A DNA stretch of 64,000 bases. Source: Candidatus Helarchaeota archaeon (GTDB lineage: Archaea; Asgardarchaeota; Lokiarchaeia; Helarchaeales; RDOG01). The translations under genes were made by a program, and so were the position numbers. The stretch spans positions 30,357 to 94,356 of the forward strand of contig JALGVI010000012.1 in NCBI GenBank assembly GCA_029838215.1. The letters run 5' to 3'. The notes under the pieces were generated by a model, which had not been told where the DNA came from, did no database searches, and saw only the letters and a list, made by a program, of their open reading frames with translations. Each line of letters opens with the position of its first letter. Position 1 is the first letter of the stretch. Shown piece by piece: positions 1-9,143 of the stretch.

Positions 1-534
1 ATCTCAAAGAAGTTTCCAAAACTTTGGAATTACCTGCTCACCCATGGGGAACGTCTGGACCGCCGGAAGTCCGTAATTTATGAGAAAAGACCACGTTTTT
101 CAATTTTTGGCATCGGAGACTATGCATTCAGTCCTTACAAAGTGGCAATTTCTGGCTTTTATAAGAAACCTAGGTTCTCTCTTATATTTCCGATTAATGA
201 GAAACCAGTAATGCTCGATGATACCTGCTATTATTTATCCTTTAATTCCTTGAAAGAAGCCTTGATCGCCTGGACCTTGTTTAGTACTCCTGAAATTAAG
301 AATTTCTTGAAATCAATTGTATTTTTAGATTCAAAACGACCATACACGAAAGAAAAGCTGATGAGAATAGATCTCTCAAAACTAGTAAACTCTTACTCAT
401 TTAAAGAAACCAAAACGTTTTTTGACAATAATCTAAAGCAATTTTTGGATTATGAAATAACGTCAGAAGATTTCATGGTTTTCAAAAAGAAATTAAATGA
501 AGAAACAGATTCTCTACTCAGATACGTAAAATAA
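1..534 (+). CDS. C-terminal part of an N6-adenine DNA methyltransferase (type II R-M-like); 5' end outside the window
   Basis: Frame is open from base 1 (ISKKFPKLWNYLLTHGERLDRRKSVIYEKRPRFSIFGIGDYAFSPYKVAISGFYKKPRF...), a motif block typical of the C-terminal region of TaqI/Eco57I-like methylases. Confidence 0.7.
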   Translation: MSKKFPKLWNYLLTHGERLDRRKSVIYEKRPRFSIFGIGDYAFSPYKVAISGFYKKPRFSLIFPINEKPVMLDDTCYYLSFNSLKEALIAWTLFSTPEIKNFLKSIVFLDSKRPYTKEKLMRIDLSKLVNSYSFKETKTFFDNNLKQFLDYEITSEDFMVFKKKLNEETDSLLRYVK

Positions 535-716
535 ATAAAAATAAACTTAATATTCTGAGCAGAAAAACGGTTTCTTTTCCCAATCTCGGTTAAAAAAGCA
601 AAGAAAGCCCGTTTATCACGAATTTCAACATTTGATTTGTCGTCAAAGTTTTTAACTAGTTCATCAGATAGAAATCCAACCTATTGATTAGGTTCCAAAT
701 TTACGGAGCTAAGAAA

Positions 717-1892
717 ATGCCTCTAACTTGGAGAACGAGACTTCTAATTTTAGTTGTTGTTGCCTCGTCTGCTATTGGAGCGGCACTTTTAAATCAGGCA
801 CTCATTTTAATTGAGTTGCCGGGTGATCCTAATGCAAAGGAGGCATATTTTTTCCAGACAAATCGATTTGCCACCTATCTTTATGAGGATGGTACCTACG
901 GACATCAAATAACTTTGACCGTGCAAAGCTTATTGGAGAACGCGACACATGCTCACGTTAGAATCCTCATCAGTGGTGCCGAACAGGGTGATTTTTACGT
1001 TGAACCTATCACGGGAATCGTGTACCAGAATGGCGTTTTAGACAATAATTACAGTATCTGGTGGATTTACGCACCAAATCCGATGTTATCCTTAGGTCAG
1101 GGATTAGTACTTGGAACGACGTATAACGTGATCGATCCAACGGGCTTTTTAGGAATCGTAGATCGAACCTACACCATGATCGTTGAGCAAAAACATGTTT
1201 ATTGGCCACATGATCAAGCATTATGGTTCATTTTAGGTGCACAGGCAAGCTTTGACGTGGGACTTTATGATAAGACAAATAACAAGAGAATCTCAACCGC
1301 AACCTTGGATCTAACCTGTGGCGTCATTGAATTGTGGGAAGGCGCTCAAAGCAATCAAATCAAAATGACGTTGACAATCACGGACTTTCCCATCTCTCGC
1401 AATAGAATTAACATATTACCCTGGGTATTTATTTTTGGAGCAGTCCTATGTGCCGTGAGTTATCTCCTAATGAGGAAAAAATGGGAAAATAAAACTCTTG
1501 CACTAATGAACATTGAACCAGAAAAACGAAATGAAGTAACTATTCTAATGATAGCAGGAGTTGGAGCAATTGCCATCGAATTCGTAGACATCTGGTTTTA
1601 TGCACCTTTAGGTTTGGGTGGAAATCTACTCTTGCATTTGGGATATGTGCTGGGTCTGGCCGTAATCATCTATAAATACAAGTATGGTTTTAGATGGTTG
1701 ACTCCCGCAATCTTGGAAATACTCTTTGTTGGCGCAATTAACCTCATCACGAACGATCCGTACGTTCCACACTTGACGGCGTTCATGGGTTCAATGATAA
1801 GCTGGATCTGCCTCCTATTCGTTAGCGGCTACGAGAGAAACTTTGATGAAGGCAACAACATCGTCCAAAAAATAATTTCAAAATTCATCTAA
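717..1892 (+). CDS. Hypothetical membrane protein (N-terminal TM/signal, extracellular domain, C-terminal multi-TM region)
   Basis: ORF 684..1892; ATG at 717 preferred; hydrophobic segment at the N-terminus and about 5 at the C-terminus. Confidence 0.7.
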   Translation: MPLTWRTRLLILVVVASSAIGAALLNQALILIELPGDPNAKEAYFFQTNRFATYLYEDGTYGHQITLTVQSLLENATHAHVRILISGAEQGDFYVEPITGIVYQNGVLDNNYSIWWIYAPNPMLSLGQGLVLGTTYNVIDPTGFLGIVDRTYTMIVEQKHVYWPHDQALWFILGAQASFDVGLYDKTNNKRISTATLDLTCGVIELWEGAQSNQIKMTLTITDFPISRNRINILPWVFIFGAVLCAVSYLLMRKKWENKTLALMNIEPEKRNEVTILMIAGVGAIAIEFVDIWFYAPLGLGGNLLLHLGYVLGLAVIIYKYKYGFRWLTPAILEILFVGAINLITNDPYVPHLTAFMGSMISWICLLFVSGYERNFDEGNNIVQKIISKFI

Positions 1893-3268
1893 TTTTTTTT
1901 TTCGTTCTTTTCCAGAATTTTGCCTGCTCGTTCAGTCAAGAGCTGACTAATTTTTGCACGATCCTTATCGAAAAATAACAGGATAAAAAACCAACTCACG
2001 ATCCCGGGAATACCAAATAGAAGTCCTAAAGTCATTGAAAGTTGAAAATTCCCACTCGTGAGAAGGAGAAATATCCCTGCAAGAAATGGACCAAATCCGT
2101 GTCCAATGGCTTCCAGAAATCGATTGATGGCATATGTGGTTCCTCGACTTTCGGGCAAGTTCAGCATTTCCATTATTGGTGCTTGATTGATATCCCACAA
2201 TGAGCCAACAATCGTGACTGCCGCCACTATGCCACCAATCATGAGAATTCCAGGATTCAGGAATACAAAAAAGAAATTCCTTCCTTGCGATTCGGTCATT
2301 GGGATGATTGGAATGTAAATCAAGATCAACATGAAAATAAAAGTTGAAATGAGCATGAAAATGATGAGACGAACGCGATTCAATGGTTTATTCTGAGCGA
2401 CACGATCGGAAACGCGAGAAAGAAAAGTTACTCCAAAGATCGTTGCTGGAAATGAAAAAAGTATCATTACCAGCGATGCCATCAACGATGATAACCGTCC
2501 TGCTCCAGTTTGAAGAAATGGAAACAACATCGTGCTGAAAAGACCCCACATGATATAAGAAGAAATTCCCTCGACCAATATAAAGATAATTGAACGTGTT
2601 TTGGATAGAACCCGTAGCGATTCCAAGTTAAATTTATGTCCGTACTCCATGTCTTTTACCATGACCTGTTCGAGCTCTTTTTCCTTGGAGCCAATTTTAA
2701 AATTCACGCCGAAAAACACGTATAGAAATAATATGAAAACCGAGATGAATCCAAGAATGAGAAAGGAAAATTGCCAGATATATACCAGTATAGAGCCGTA
2801 AAGGAGCCCAACATTGTATCCAAGATAGACGGCTACCGCAATTGACCCGAACACCTTTCCTTTTTCTTCTTTCCGTGTTGCATCACCCATGATGGCTTGA
2901 GCCACCGGTATGAATCCGCCTTCCGAAAATCCCAACAAAATTTGACTTAATAATAATTGAAAATATGAGTATGAAAATCCTGCAATAAAAAGCCCGATTA
3001 CCGACAAAATTAAAGTGACACACACGATCTTCTTACGTGAATAACGATCAGCCAAGATGCCGAAAATTAAACAAGAAACCGCAAAAGCCCAAGAATGAAT
3101 GGCAAGCATCATGGTAATTTCTAAGGCGTGGAAGGGCTGACCTGGCCAAAAATAAAGTGAATACTGAATCTGATTCGGAATGATCATGACTTGAGTGATC
3201 TGTCCAAAGAAAAAAATAAAAAATATTAAATACAACGTCAGTGAATTGAGAGAGGATTTCAGGTTCAT
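1889..3268 (-). CDS. MFS transporter
   Basis: MFS motif A (GILADRYSRK) and about 12 TM helices. Confidence 0.9.
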   Translation of the reverse strand: MNLKSSLNSLTLYLIFFIFFFGQITQVMIIPNQIQYSLYFWPGQPFHALEITMMLAIHSWAFAVSCLIFGILADRYSRKKIVCVTLILSVIGLFIAGFSYSYFQLLLSQILLGFSEGGFIPVAQAIMGDATRKEEKGKVFGSIAVAVYLGYNVGLLYGSILVYIWQFSFLILGFISVFILFLYVFFGVNFKIGSKEKELEQVMVKDMEYGHKFNLESLRVLSKTRSIIFILVEGISSYIMWGLFSTMLFPFLQTGAGRLSSLMASLVMILFSFPATIFGVTFLSRVSDRVAQNKPLNRVRLIIFMLISTFIFMLILIYIPIIPMTESQGRNFFFVFLNPGILMIGGIVAAVTIVGSLWDINQAPIMEMLNLPESRGTTYAINRFLEAIGHGFGPFLAGIFLLLTSGNFQLSMTLGLLFGIPGIVSWFFILLFFDKDRAKISQLLTERAGKILEKNEKKN

Positions 3269-3417
3269 TAAAATTCCCTACGATGAGGATTTCAGGAAGA
3301 CTGCGGTCCGAAAATTCATTTGCCAACTTATTAAAAGTTATAAACGACCGTCATCTTTTAAAAATATCCTGATGAAAATTTATCAGATCAATCAATGGAT
3401 ATTAGGAGTTTTTTCCA

Positions 3418-4281
3418 ATGAACGTTCTGACATGTAGTAAGTGTTCAGCTGATGCGGTGCCGGTCAAGATCGTTAATAAGTTAGATTATTATGCGTTGGT
3501 TTTGTTCTGTCCTGAATGTCACAAAAAAACTAATACGGAATTGAGTTTTAACGTCCAAGATTGGATCAAGGACGTGGCTGCAAGTTATTTTCTTTGTGAT
3601 TATTGCGGTTACGATAACAGGGATAATTGGCGTTATAAGGATGAATTGGCACCATCAGTAGGGATCGCGCCAGTATTCATGCCATATCCTCGACCTTTCA
3701 GAGGACCGAGACCACCATTTCGGCGTCCTTTTCATCCGTATTGGGGACCAAGACCGCATTGGCGAGTTCATCCGATGCCGTTTTTTGATTTTCATCATAA
3801 CATGGAGCGGGTCAAAATCGTGTTTAAATGCCCAAATTGTGGAAAGAAACGTGCGAAAGTGGCAGACAGGAAACTCTGGCCCCAGATCTTGCGAATAAAT
3901 AAATTCAAAGAAATACAAGAAACGGTTGAAACGCGCGAACAACAAGAAAAACTCCAATTCGAGTGCGAACAGTGTGGCACCATTCTGAATGAAGACGACA
4001 CGTCATGTCCTAATTGTGGTGCATTCCTAAGGTGCACGTGCGGTGCTCCTATCGTGCCAAATGCAATTTTCTGCCTGAAATGCGGACAGAGATTTGAAGA
4101 TATCAAACCGCCAATAAAGGAACTAGAATGTCCGTGCTGTGGAGAACCCGTTAATGAAGACTTGAGTTTTTGCCGACGGTGCGGGCAGGAAATCAAGTGC
4201 GATAAATGCGGAAATCCAATAGTCGAAGGATCGAATTATTGCATCGTCTGCGGGGACCCCGTACAAAAAGGAAATAAGTAA
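3418..4281 (+). CDS. Multi zinc-ribbon protein (double-zinc-ribbon repeats) with Pro/Arg/His-rich insert
   Basis: About 12 CxxC/CxC knuckles; DZR-like C..C-x10-C..CG units in the C-terminal half. Confidence 0.8.
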   Translation: MNVLTCSKCSADAVPVKIVNKLDYYALVLFCPECHKKTNTELSFNVQDWIKDVAASYFLCDYCGYDNRDNWRYKDELAPSVGIAPVFMPYPRPFRGPRPPFRRPFHPYWGPRPHWRVHPMPFFDFHHNMERVKIVFKCPNCGKKRAKVADRKLWPQILRINKFKEIQETVETREQQEKLQFECEQCGTILNEDDTSCPNCGAFLRCTCGAPIVPNAIFCLKCGQRFEDIKPPIKELECPCCGEPVNEDLSFCRRCGQEIKCDKCGNPIVEGSNYCIVCGDPVQKGNK

Positions 4282-4423
4282 AGCAAGACAAATTTACTTA
4301 CAAGACGTAAAAAATGAATTTCTTTGATTGACGAAATCATATAATAACATTATTATAATTAACATCTAGTTAGAAATGATAGAAGATTTTTAGAATTCAA
4401 AGTTGATATAGGAGACTGATCGA

Positions 4424-4651
4424 ATGGCAATTGCTCAAGAAAAAGTTAAAGAAGCGATCGATAAGATTCGACCCTCCCTTCAAGCCGATGGTGGCAATAT
4501 CGAGTTACTCGGTATTGAGGGCAACAAGGTAAAAGTTAGACTTTTAGGTGCGTGTTCGGGATGCGCCATGTCGCAATATACCTTAAAAATGGGAGTGGAA
4601 CGATTTCTTAGAGAACAAGTTTCTAAAGATATTGAAGTAATTACGGGTTAA
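4424..4651 (+). CDS. nfu: NifU/Nfu C-terminal domain Fe-S scaffold protein
   Basis: IRPSLQADGGNIEL...GACSGC motif. Confidence 0.9.
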   Translation: MAIAQEKVKEAIDKIRPSLQADGGNIELLGIEGNKVKVRLLGACSGCAMSQYTLKMGVERFLREQVSKDIEVITG

Positions 4652-4742
4652 TTTGAAAGAAATCGTTAGATTAGATCAAACTTCTTTTTATTCCATTTTT
4701 TTCCTTTTAATTTCCAAGATTAGTTGGAAATTTCTCAAAAAA

Positions 4743-5087
4743 TCATTCGTTTATCGGGACTTGATATTCTTCTTCACGTGTTTCACGGGTTTTTTCTTTG
4801 ATCAGGTCGCAGCCTGCCACGTGCAATACGACGCGATTTTCTTCTTTGATAATAACGGGATTATTTTTTGCGATAAAAGCAGAAATAAATCGCCCGGATC
4901 GCTCTTTTAAAATTTTATTGATATTTGTATTCGTCAGGTACTGATCTTGAAGTCCCAAGAAGTTTAAACCGAGGACTTTTTTCACTTCAGTTTCGAGTTC
5001 GGCAGTAAGACTTGCCATTTTTGTATCTAGAAACCGAGAAAGTGCCTCTCGATAGCATTTACATTCCTTAATTCTCATTTTTCTCAA
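4743..5087 (-). CDS. Hypothetical protein
   Basis: 114-aa ORF, same strand as and downstream of 5135..6238; no recognisable motif. Confidence 0.5.
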   Translation of the reverse strand: MRKMRIKECKCYREALSRFLDTKMASLTAELETEVKKVLGLNFLGLQDQYLTNTNINKILKERSGRFISAFIAKNNPVIIKEENRVVLHVAGCDLIKEKTRETREEEYQVPINE

Positions 5088-5134
5088 GTTATCATTGGAT
5101 CACGGCAATAAAAATCTACGGATCGAAAAATTGC

Positions 5135-6238
5135 TCAACGATAGACGAAATCCTGACGTGTTTCAAGTATGATTCTATAGATTGCGTTTGGATTTTTATC
5201 TTCGCGGGTTTTCTGAAGGATTCGAGTCGTGATAGGCGTGGCAATGCCATGAGCAGCCATTGCGATCACTGCAATCTTGCCATAATCGAGAAGTTGCGTG
5301 GCAGATTTTTGCGCTTTTTTAAAATAGGCGGATTCTTTCTTTGATAATCTCTTGCCTTGGTTTTTCTTGTGAAGTATCTTTCGAATCTCGTGATCATCCA
5401 AAGTAAATACGGCAAGAAAGCGTGAACCGCAATTGACACATGTTGGATGTTCGGGCATGGTCTTCACCATGTAGGTTGCTTCCCATTTTTGGCAGTAAAG
5501 ACAAAAAAGACGGAATACTTTATCCTTTAGCATCTCTTTAACTTCTTCCATGTCTTTTTCAGAAATCTTAGGTTTCTTTGGACGAATCCACTGTATGGTT
5601 GGAACTATCACGTCTTTCATCTGAGAACGTGTCGTTCTTATGAGTTTCATGTCGCCCTTATTAATCCGCCTTCGTATTTTTTCGCTCTTCAAGGCTTGAA
5701 AATCGTCCAAGTCAGGAATGTTTGATTTCAATTTTTTTAGCCTGCGTTCCACAAAAGAAACGTTTTTGAGCATTTCGACCTTCTGGTCCACGTTTGAGAC
5801 GTGTTCTTGTAGATAGTTTTCAAGTTCTTTTACCAATCCCTTTTGATTAATGAGAAGATAGACTTGGTCTTCCAGATCGTTTAATTTTTCCTGTTTCGAA
5901 AGTTTGCGTGGTCGAATCGGCTTATTTTTCATTTCTTTTAAGAGGATCTTGTCATCCTTCAGAAACTCTTGGTCCAATTCCTCGAGGAGTTTTTCTTCTT
6001 CGATGTCTCGTTTAGACTTTATTGGAGGCAGAACATAAACGACATCATCAAGATCCGAATCCCTTGCCACTGCGGCTTTCTCAAAATCATCTATCCTTAC
6101 ATTGTCATCAAGAAAAACAAACTCAGGTTTACGCTCAAATAAGGAGCTCGAAATAGACGTGGAAACATCTTGAAGAAGTCTTTTGTATTCGTCAAAAGAA
6201 ATTATTCTTTCTTTCATTTTGTATTCGTTTAATTCCAT
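5135..6238 (-). CDS. Charged helical N-terminal region fused to the C-terminal Zn-finger domain of archaeal Lhr-like helicases (no helicase core)
   Basis: LFCLYC...HPTCVNCGSRFLA...KSATQLLDYGKIAVIAMAAHG...ILE matches the archaeal Lhr C-terminus; no Walker A or DEAH motif. Confidence 0.7.
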   Translation of the reverse strand: MELNEYKMKERIISFDEYKRLLQDVSTSISSSLFERKPEFVFLDDNVRIDDFEKAAVARDSDLDDVVYVLPPIKSKRDIEEEKLLEELDQEFLKDDKILLKEMKNKPIRPRKLSKQEKLNDLEDQVYLLINQKGLVKELENYLQEHVSNVDQKVEMLKNVSFVERRLKKLKSNIPDLDDFQALKSEKIRRRINKGDMKLIRTTRSQMKDVIVPTIQWIRPKKPKISEKDMEEVKEMLKDKVFRLFCLYCQKWEATYMVKTMPEHPTCVNCGSRFLAVFTLDDHEIRKILHKKNQGKRLSKKESAYFKKAQKSATQLLDYGKIAVIAMAAHGIATPITTRILQKTREDKNPNAIYRIILETRQDFVYR

Positions 6239-6262
6239 TTTTTAAATATGGGAGAAAAACGC

Positions 6263-6430
6263 TCATTCTTCGTCTTCTTTTTCCTTGCCTATCAAAATAT
6301 AAGCCATGATTAGAATGATCCCTAAAAACACCAACGATAGAACGCCATAATAGATAGTCTGGTACTGATCCGATGTCACGGACAGCAGATAAATTGCATC
6401 TGTAAGGATCATCGCAACACCACTTAACAA
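6263..6430 (-). CDS. Small two-TM membrane protein (55 aa), not in the ORF track
   Basis: TTG start; LLSGVAMILTDAIYLLSVTSDQYQTIYYGVLSLVFLGIILIMAYILIGKEKEDEE*; fills the gap between same-strand genes. Confidence 0.55.
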   Translation of the reverse strand: MLSGVAMILTDAIYLLSVTSDQYQTIYYGVLSLVFLGIILIMAYILIGKEKEDEE

Positions 6431-6453
6431 CTTTTATGATTTCGATTTTTATA

Positions 6454-6834
6454 TTAAATATTTCGCCATTCTTTCATTAAATTTTTATAATTTTCATCAG
6501 AAACTTCATAGACTTTAAAGAGATTCAACGGCTCTGCTAGAAGGCGGGCAAGCAGGTGATAACAAATTTCGCTCTTTTTATTCATGACATTCATGTAAAA
6601 ATCATCACAATTACAATATTTGTTTTTAATCGTGAGATAGTCACGCTTTTTTCCAAGGACAATCCATACCACGCGATTACTCGGATGAAACATGTATTTT
6701 AACACACGCTTCTCCAAGATCACCCGAAATGCCTTGAAAAATCTTTCACCGTAATGTTCTGTTAATTCGTTCAATAACTTGCCCGATATTGTTTCATCTT
6801 TAATTTGAGGGAGAACTTCATCAATGAATCTCAT
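6454..6834 (-). CDS. SWIM zinc-finger protein
   Basis: YCNCDDF...ICYHLLA (CxC...CxH). Confidence 0.85.
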   Translation of the reverse strand: MRFIDEVLPQIKDETISGKLLNELTEHYGERFFKAFRVILEKRVLKYMFHPSNRVVWIVLGKKRDYLTIKNKYCNCDDFYMNVMNKKSEICYHLLARLLAEPLNLFKVYEVSDENYKNLMKEWRNI

Positions 6835-6943
6835 GAAACTCGTTCCTAAATAGAATTTAATTTTAACGATATTATTAAAAGAATTTGAGTTGATTGCTTT
6901 CTAAATTCCACTTCCTCATTACATTAAAAATTTAACTTTAATA

Positions 6944-7111
6944 TGGTGGGAGATGCGTGATTTTCGCACGCCCACGCAAGTAAATAAAACGTGAACGTGA
7001 TTCGAACACGCGATCCCTGGTTGTTTCGCGCAGAATGCGACCCGAAACCAGAATCCTAGCCAAGACAAGAAACATCTCTTGTCATTCATAGCCAAGCTAG
7101 ACCAATCTCCC
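6944..7111 (-). tRNA. trnP: tRNA-Pro(CGG) with three introns (22/23: 7056-7087; 37/38: 7023-7040; 59/60: 6961-7000); CCA encoded
   Basis: Removing 32+18+40 nt gives a 78-nt cloverleaf: GGGAGAU/AUCUCCC acceptor stem, CUGGU-UUCGGGA-ACCAG anticodon arm, GCGUG-UUCGAAU-CACGC T arm, ACCA end; each intron is bounded by a bulge-helix-bulge. Confidence 0.9.
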
Positions 7112-7222
7112 ATCAGGAAACAAATTTTTTCTTATGAGAAGATTCGGTATCTCGAATCATAATTATGTATTAAAAAAATTTATTAAAATTTAATGCAAGT
7201 AGTATAACGTAAGAATTTTCGG

Positions 7223-7627
7223 ATGGATGAGGAATTGACGAAAAAGCTCTCAGGAATTACCGCAAAAGAGTGCATGATTAAAGATCCGATGACGATCCCA
7301 TCAACTGAGCAAATTGCCGCAGCAGATCTTTTAATGCTCCGCAATAATATAGGTGGATTACCTGTAGTTGATGACGGCATTCTCGTAGGGATCTTGACCT
7401 TACGGGATATTCTCATTTCACGGTTCTCGCATTCTATTGGTGGAATCAAAGTTAGAGATCTCATGACGAAAAATCCAATTACAGTCACGCCTGACACGCC
7501 TCTCAAAGAGATTCTAAAGATTTACACGGAAAAAGGGATCGAACGACTTCCAGTAGTCAAGGACGGGGATGTCATTGGAATCGTGGTTCATCGAAAAATA
7601 CTTGAAAAAATACATGATAACATATAA
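7223..7627 (+). CDS. Stand-alone CBS-pair protein
   Basis: Two CBS repeats (GLPVVDDGILVGILT; RLPVVKDGDVIGIV). Confidence 0.9.
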   Translation: MDEELTKKLSGITAKECMIKDPMTIPSTEQIAAADLLMLRNNIGGLPVVDDGILVGILTLRDILISRFSHSIGGIKVRDLMTKNPITVTPDTPLKEILKIYTEKGIERLPVVKDGDVIGIVVHRKILEKIHDNI

Positions 7628-7924
7628 CAAAGATTCTTTTCTTTTTATCATTTCGGACTAATTGATCATCCCTCCATTTTAAATTTCATCAACAAATTTG
7701 ACTGGCAGCATTCAAAATCTAAACATTTTAAAGAAGGAAAATTAATCTATCAAAGGAATTTATGAATTATGCCTATAAATTCTTCCTGAATAATGAAATT
7801 AAGGAGATCTAAATAAGGAAATCGAGCTTGCGGGGAAGTATTTCTCAAGTTCGAGCAGGATTTCTAATAATTACAAAAAAATTCAGGGCGAAGGAAGAAA
7901 GTAAGATCATTTAGGTGATATGTC

Positions 7925-9139
7925 ATGAGCGTTATTCCGATGCATGACTTTTTTGAAGAAATTAAAGAAGAAAAAACATTGACGATGACGGGAAATTATG
8001 CGGTGGCAGGCGCAGTTACGCAGACAGAGCCAGATGTTATTTGTGCTTTTCCCATTACGCCTCAGACACAATCAGTAGAAGGACTAAGCGACGTGGTTAA
8101 TCATGGACGTTTAAAAGCGGCATTTGTGAATGTCGAAAGTGAACTGGCAGCCATTTCATACATTACTGCCGCCGTTATTGCAGGAGCTCGCGGCTTTACG
8201 GCGACGGCTTCTCAAGGATATCTATTAATGCACGAAGGACTCCCCATGGCAGTTGGATGGCGAGCACCGATATACATGCTCATCTCAAACCGCGCGTGGA
8301 ATGCCCCTAACCTGAGTATTTGGAACAGTTGGGAAGTCACGCTGGCAGATCACGGCTGGAACAAGATTTTTTCAGAAAACGTCCAAGAAACTTATGATGC
8401 AGCAATTCTTAGTTGCATGATATCAGAAAAAACACTTTTTCCGACCTGTTTCTGTCATGATGGGTTTATCATTTCCCATTCGGCACAAAAATTCAAGGCA
8501 ATCCCTGACGAGACCGTGAAGAAACTCACACCTCGCCGACCCAGGCATACCGTGCGAACGGATAATCCCGGCTGTTGGGGAGGTATAGTCACACCGGATT
8601 ACTTCATGGAACAACGTCGCGCCTTGGATTTGGCAAAGAAAGATGTCCCTAAAGAAATCGATGCAATGTTTGACCTGTTTGCGAAGGAAACGGGAAGAAA
8701 ATATTCGTCAATTGAAACCTTTAACATTGAAAAGGCGAAAACCGCAATAGTCACGATGGGTTCCATGTGCGGAACGATAAAACAATGGATGCGAAATGTT
8801 CCCGATATCGGACTCATCAAGATACGAACTTATCGTCCATTTCCTAGCGAAAGACTACGAAAAATTATTGAAGATAATAAAATTGAAAAATTGATAGTGC
8901 TTGAGAAAAATGATGCACCGGGCGCGCCCGTACCTCAAGTCACGCAAACGATCCTCCCCGTAACTTATCCGCTCGGCACGATCGTTCATTCTTTTATACC
9001 CGGGCTCGGTGGAAGAGACGTGACTGTTGATGAGCTTAATGCTGCAAAGAAACGAATGGAAAAGATTAACGACATGAAAGGAGACCTGTACGAATACTTG
9101 GGTGTCCGAATAAAACAAGGAGTGATTGAAGGAGAGTAG
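7925..9139 (+). CDS. porA: 2-oxoacid:ferredoxin oxidoreductase alpha subunit (PorA-type)
   Basis: GNYAVA, AFPITPQ, ESELAA, TATASQG motifs; GGTGA SD at about 7915. Confidence 0.92.
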   Translation: MSVIPMHDFFEEIKEEKTLTMTGNYAVAGAVTQTEPDVICAFPITPQTQSVEGLSDVVNHGRLKAAFVNVESELAAISYITAAVIAGARGFTATASQGYLLMHEGLPMAVGWRAPIYMLISNRAWNAPNLSIWNSWEVTLADHGWNKIFSENVQETYDAAILSCMISEKTLFPTCFCHDGFIISHSAQKFKAIPDETVKKLTPRRPRHTVRTDNPGCWGGIVTPDYFMEQRRALDLAKKDVPKEIDAMFDLFAKETGRKYSSIETFNIEKAKTAIVTMGSMCGTIKQWMRNVPDIGLIKIRTYRPFPSERLRKIIEDNKIEKLIVLEKNDAPGAPVPQVTQTILPVTYPLGTIVHSFIPGLGGRDVTVDELNAAKKRMEKINDMKGDLYEYLGVRIKQGVIEGE

Positions 9140-9143
9140 AACA

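Noticed and set aside
6919-7113. 64-aa ORF in the ORF track
   Set aside because: It is a shadow of the intron-containing tRNA-Pro gene.
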